This document shows, one piece after another, positions 62,832 to 64,000 of a stretch of 64,000 nt of DNA (position 1 is its first letter; every line of letters starts with the position of its first letter). Origin of the DNA: a virus. Lineage: Duplodnaviria; Caudoviricetes. The translations under genes were made by a program, and so were the position numbers. The notes under the pieces are model-generated. The model was not told where the DNA came from. It saw only the letters and a program-made list of their open reading frames with translations, and searched no databases. The stretch spans positions 22,942 through 86,941 of the IMG/VR virus record IMGVR_UViG_2915264867_000002. One strand, 5' to 3'.

Positions 62832-64000
62832 TCTTTTCCTTGGTTAGGCATCAGCCAATCCGCAAAAGCCTGTAGCATCACTCTCCTCTGCTTCAGGTAT
62901 TCTGCCGAGTTATAAACCCCTCTCACCCCACCCTCTTTATGCGCCAGTTGGGTCTCGACGTGGTCGGCGTTGTATTCATTTTCATTAGCCCAGGTCGAGC
63001 CAATCTTACGCCATCCGTGACCGGTCATCCGACCCTTATAGTCTAACCTGTGAATTAGATACAGAATGGAGTTCTCACTCATTGCGCGCTTACCATCGCG
63101 GTCGTTCGGAAACACATAAATGCTGCCGCGCGAACGCTGCTTCAATTCGGCGAGCAGGTTCAAGGCTTGAGTTGATAGCGGCACCAGATGTTCACGCCTC
63201 TTTTTCATTCGCTTCCCAGGAATTCGCCAGAGGTCGCCTTCGATCTCGTCCCAAGTCATGCGCCGCAATTCGTCAGTGCGGGTCCAAGTCAGCGCAAGCA
63301 GCTTGCACGCCATAACTGATTGAAGCTGATCTTCCAGCGCCAGTCGTTCCATGAAGGGGTGAACCTCGTTCAATGGAAGCGACGCAAACCCTTCGACAGG
63401 CTTTCTCGAGAACGCCACTTTGGCATTGATATCCGATGCGATGTTGTGCTGGGCGTGGCCATGCTCAACGCACCACTCCAGTACCTGCGACATCCACATA
63501 CGGGTGCGGCGGACGTAGACCGACTTGCCGGCCTCATCCATAGGGCGCAGCACCGCCATCAGATCGTCACGCGTCACCTCACCTGCAGGCCTGCTGCCAA
63601 GTTTCGGCGAGACGTACATGGCGAGCGCACGCGTGGCATTCTTTATATAACCAGGAGAAGCGTCGGTGCGGCCGGCCCAGTAGTCTTGGATCGCCTGGTC
63701 AATGGTGAAAGCGGAAGTTGGCTTCTCGTCTTTGGTCGCTTTGAGGTCGGCACCGTCGATCAGCTTCACCCGCAGCTGGTCCCGGCGCTCGCGCGCCTCC
63801 TTGAGGCTGATTAGTGGGTAAGGGCCGATGACTGCGGTCTGCTGCTTGCCATCGCTGTTGCGGTAGGCCATGCGCCACACCTTGTTGCCGCTCGGTAGAA
63901 CGGCAAGCATCAAGCCATGGCCATCGAATAGCTTGCGCAGCTTGCCATTATTGGGCGTGGCGCGCTTGCAGTCGGCATCGGTAAGGGTGTTGATAGCCAC
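62828..64000 (-). CDS. int: P4-family tyrosine integrase
   Basis: Arm-binding N-domain (KLFDGHGL.L.V.PSG.K.WR..YR), TRTDE, HGWR, QLAH, VYN; GTG start is the final codon of the window. Confidence 0.95.
   Translation of the reverse strand: MAINTLTDADCKRATPNNGKLRKLFDGHGLMLAVLPSGNKVWRMAYRNSDGKQQTAVIGPYPLISLKEARERRDQLRVKLIDGADLKATKDEKPTSAFTIDQAIQDYWAGRTDASPGYIKNATRALAMYVSPKLGSRPAGEVTRDDLMAVLRPMDEAGKSVYVRRTRMWMSQVLEWCVEHGHAQHNIASDINAKVAFSRKPVEGFASLPLNEVHPFMERLALEDQLQSVMACKLLALTWTRTDELRRMTWDEIEGDLWRIPGKRMKKRREHLVPLSTQALNLLAELKQRSRGSIYVFPNDRDGKRAMSENSILYLIHRLDYKGRMTGHGWRKIGSTWANENEYNADHVETQLAHKEGGVRGVYNSAEYLKQRRVMLQAFADWLMPNQGKE

Larger units (their letters stand above)
1..64000. mobile_element. Large temperate phage/prophage (long-tailed, lambda-type tail tip; SSU5/pHCM2-like replication gene content), partial
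   Basis: Continuous tail, lysis, replication, nucleotide-metabolism, excisionase and integrase genes; no host housekeeping operon; head genes and att sites not in window. Confidence 0.92.

Noticed and set aside
1-64000. tRNA/rRNA genes, introns, inteins, att sites, RepA/ParAB
   Set aside because: No cloverleaf, intron or intein signature seen by eye; nrdA, nrdB, dnaE and recA are uninterrupted; an att site would lie beyond position 64000; plasmid genes are not in this window.

Overview
The whole window reads as about 64 kb of one large temperate dsDNA phage, transcribed almost entirely on the + strand. From left to right it holds: a lambda-like tail-tip module (gpL-, gpK/NlpC-P60- and gpI/J-like) with extra fibre/spike genes; a lysis cassette (M15 endolysin, holin-like genes, overlapping spanins); a second structural cluster with an SGNH-hydrolase protein; a T4-like replication/recombination set (DnaB-type helicase, primase, ATP-dependent ligase, DnaE, gp32-like SSB, 5'-3' exonuclease, RecA, SbcCD, RuvC-like); an XRE repressor; a CobT/CobS-like vWA/AAA pair; a sigma-70-like factor; nucleotide metabolism genes (NrdAB, ThyX-like, MazG-like, two kinases); many small early-type genes; an AlpA-like excisionase; and a P4-family tyrosine integrase whose start codon is the last codon of the window. 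From memory, gene content resembles the SSU5/pHCM2 phage-plasmid group, but no RepA or ParAB gene is visible here and an integrase is present. The main non-coding signal is an 18-bp near-palindrome, TAAGTMAGTACTGACTTA, found 19 times (plus degenerate copies) in front of early and late operons alike, several times inside an odd TTGCC-N23-TATAAT layout. Other notable items: an Hfq/Sm-like gene coupled to the helicase, a degenerate uracil-DNA-glycosylase domain fused to DnaE, a catalytically dead recombinase-fold protein, and AT-richer cargo genes (a secreted phosphodiester-glycosidase-like protein, a HEPN-motif protein coupled to the integrase, a GIY-YIG protein). All family calls come from motif reading by eye; no database search was run, and the host cannot be determined from this sequence.
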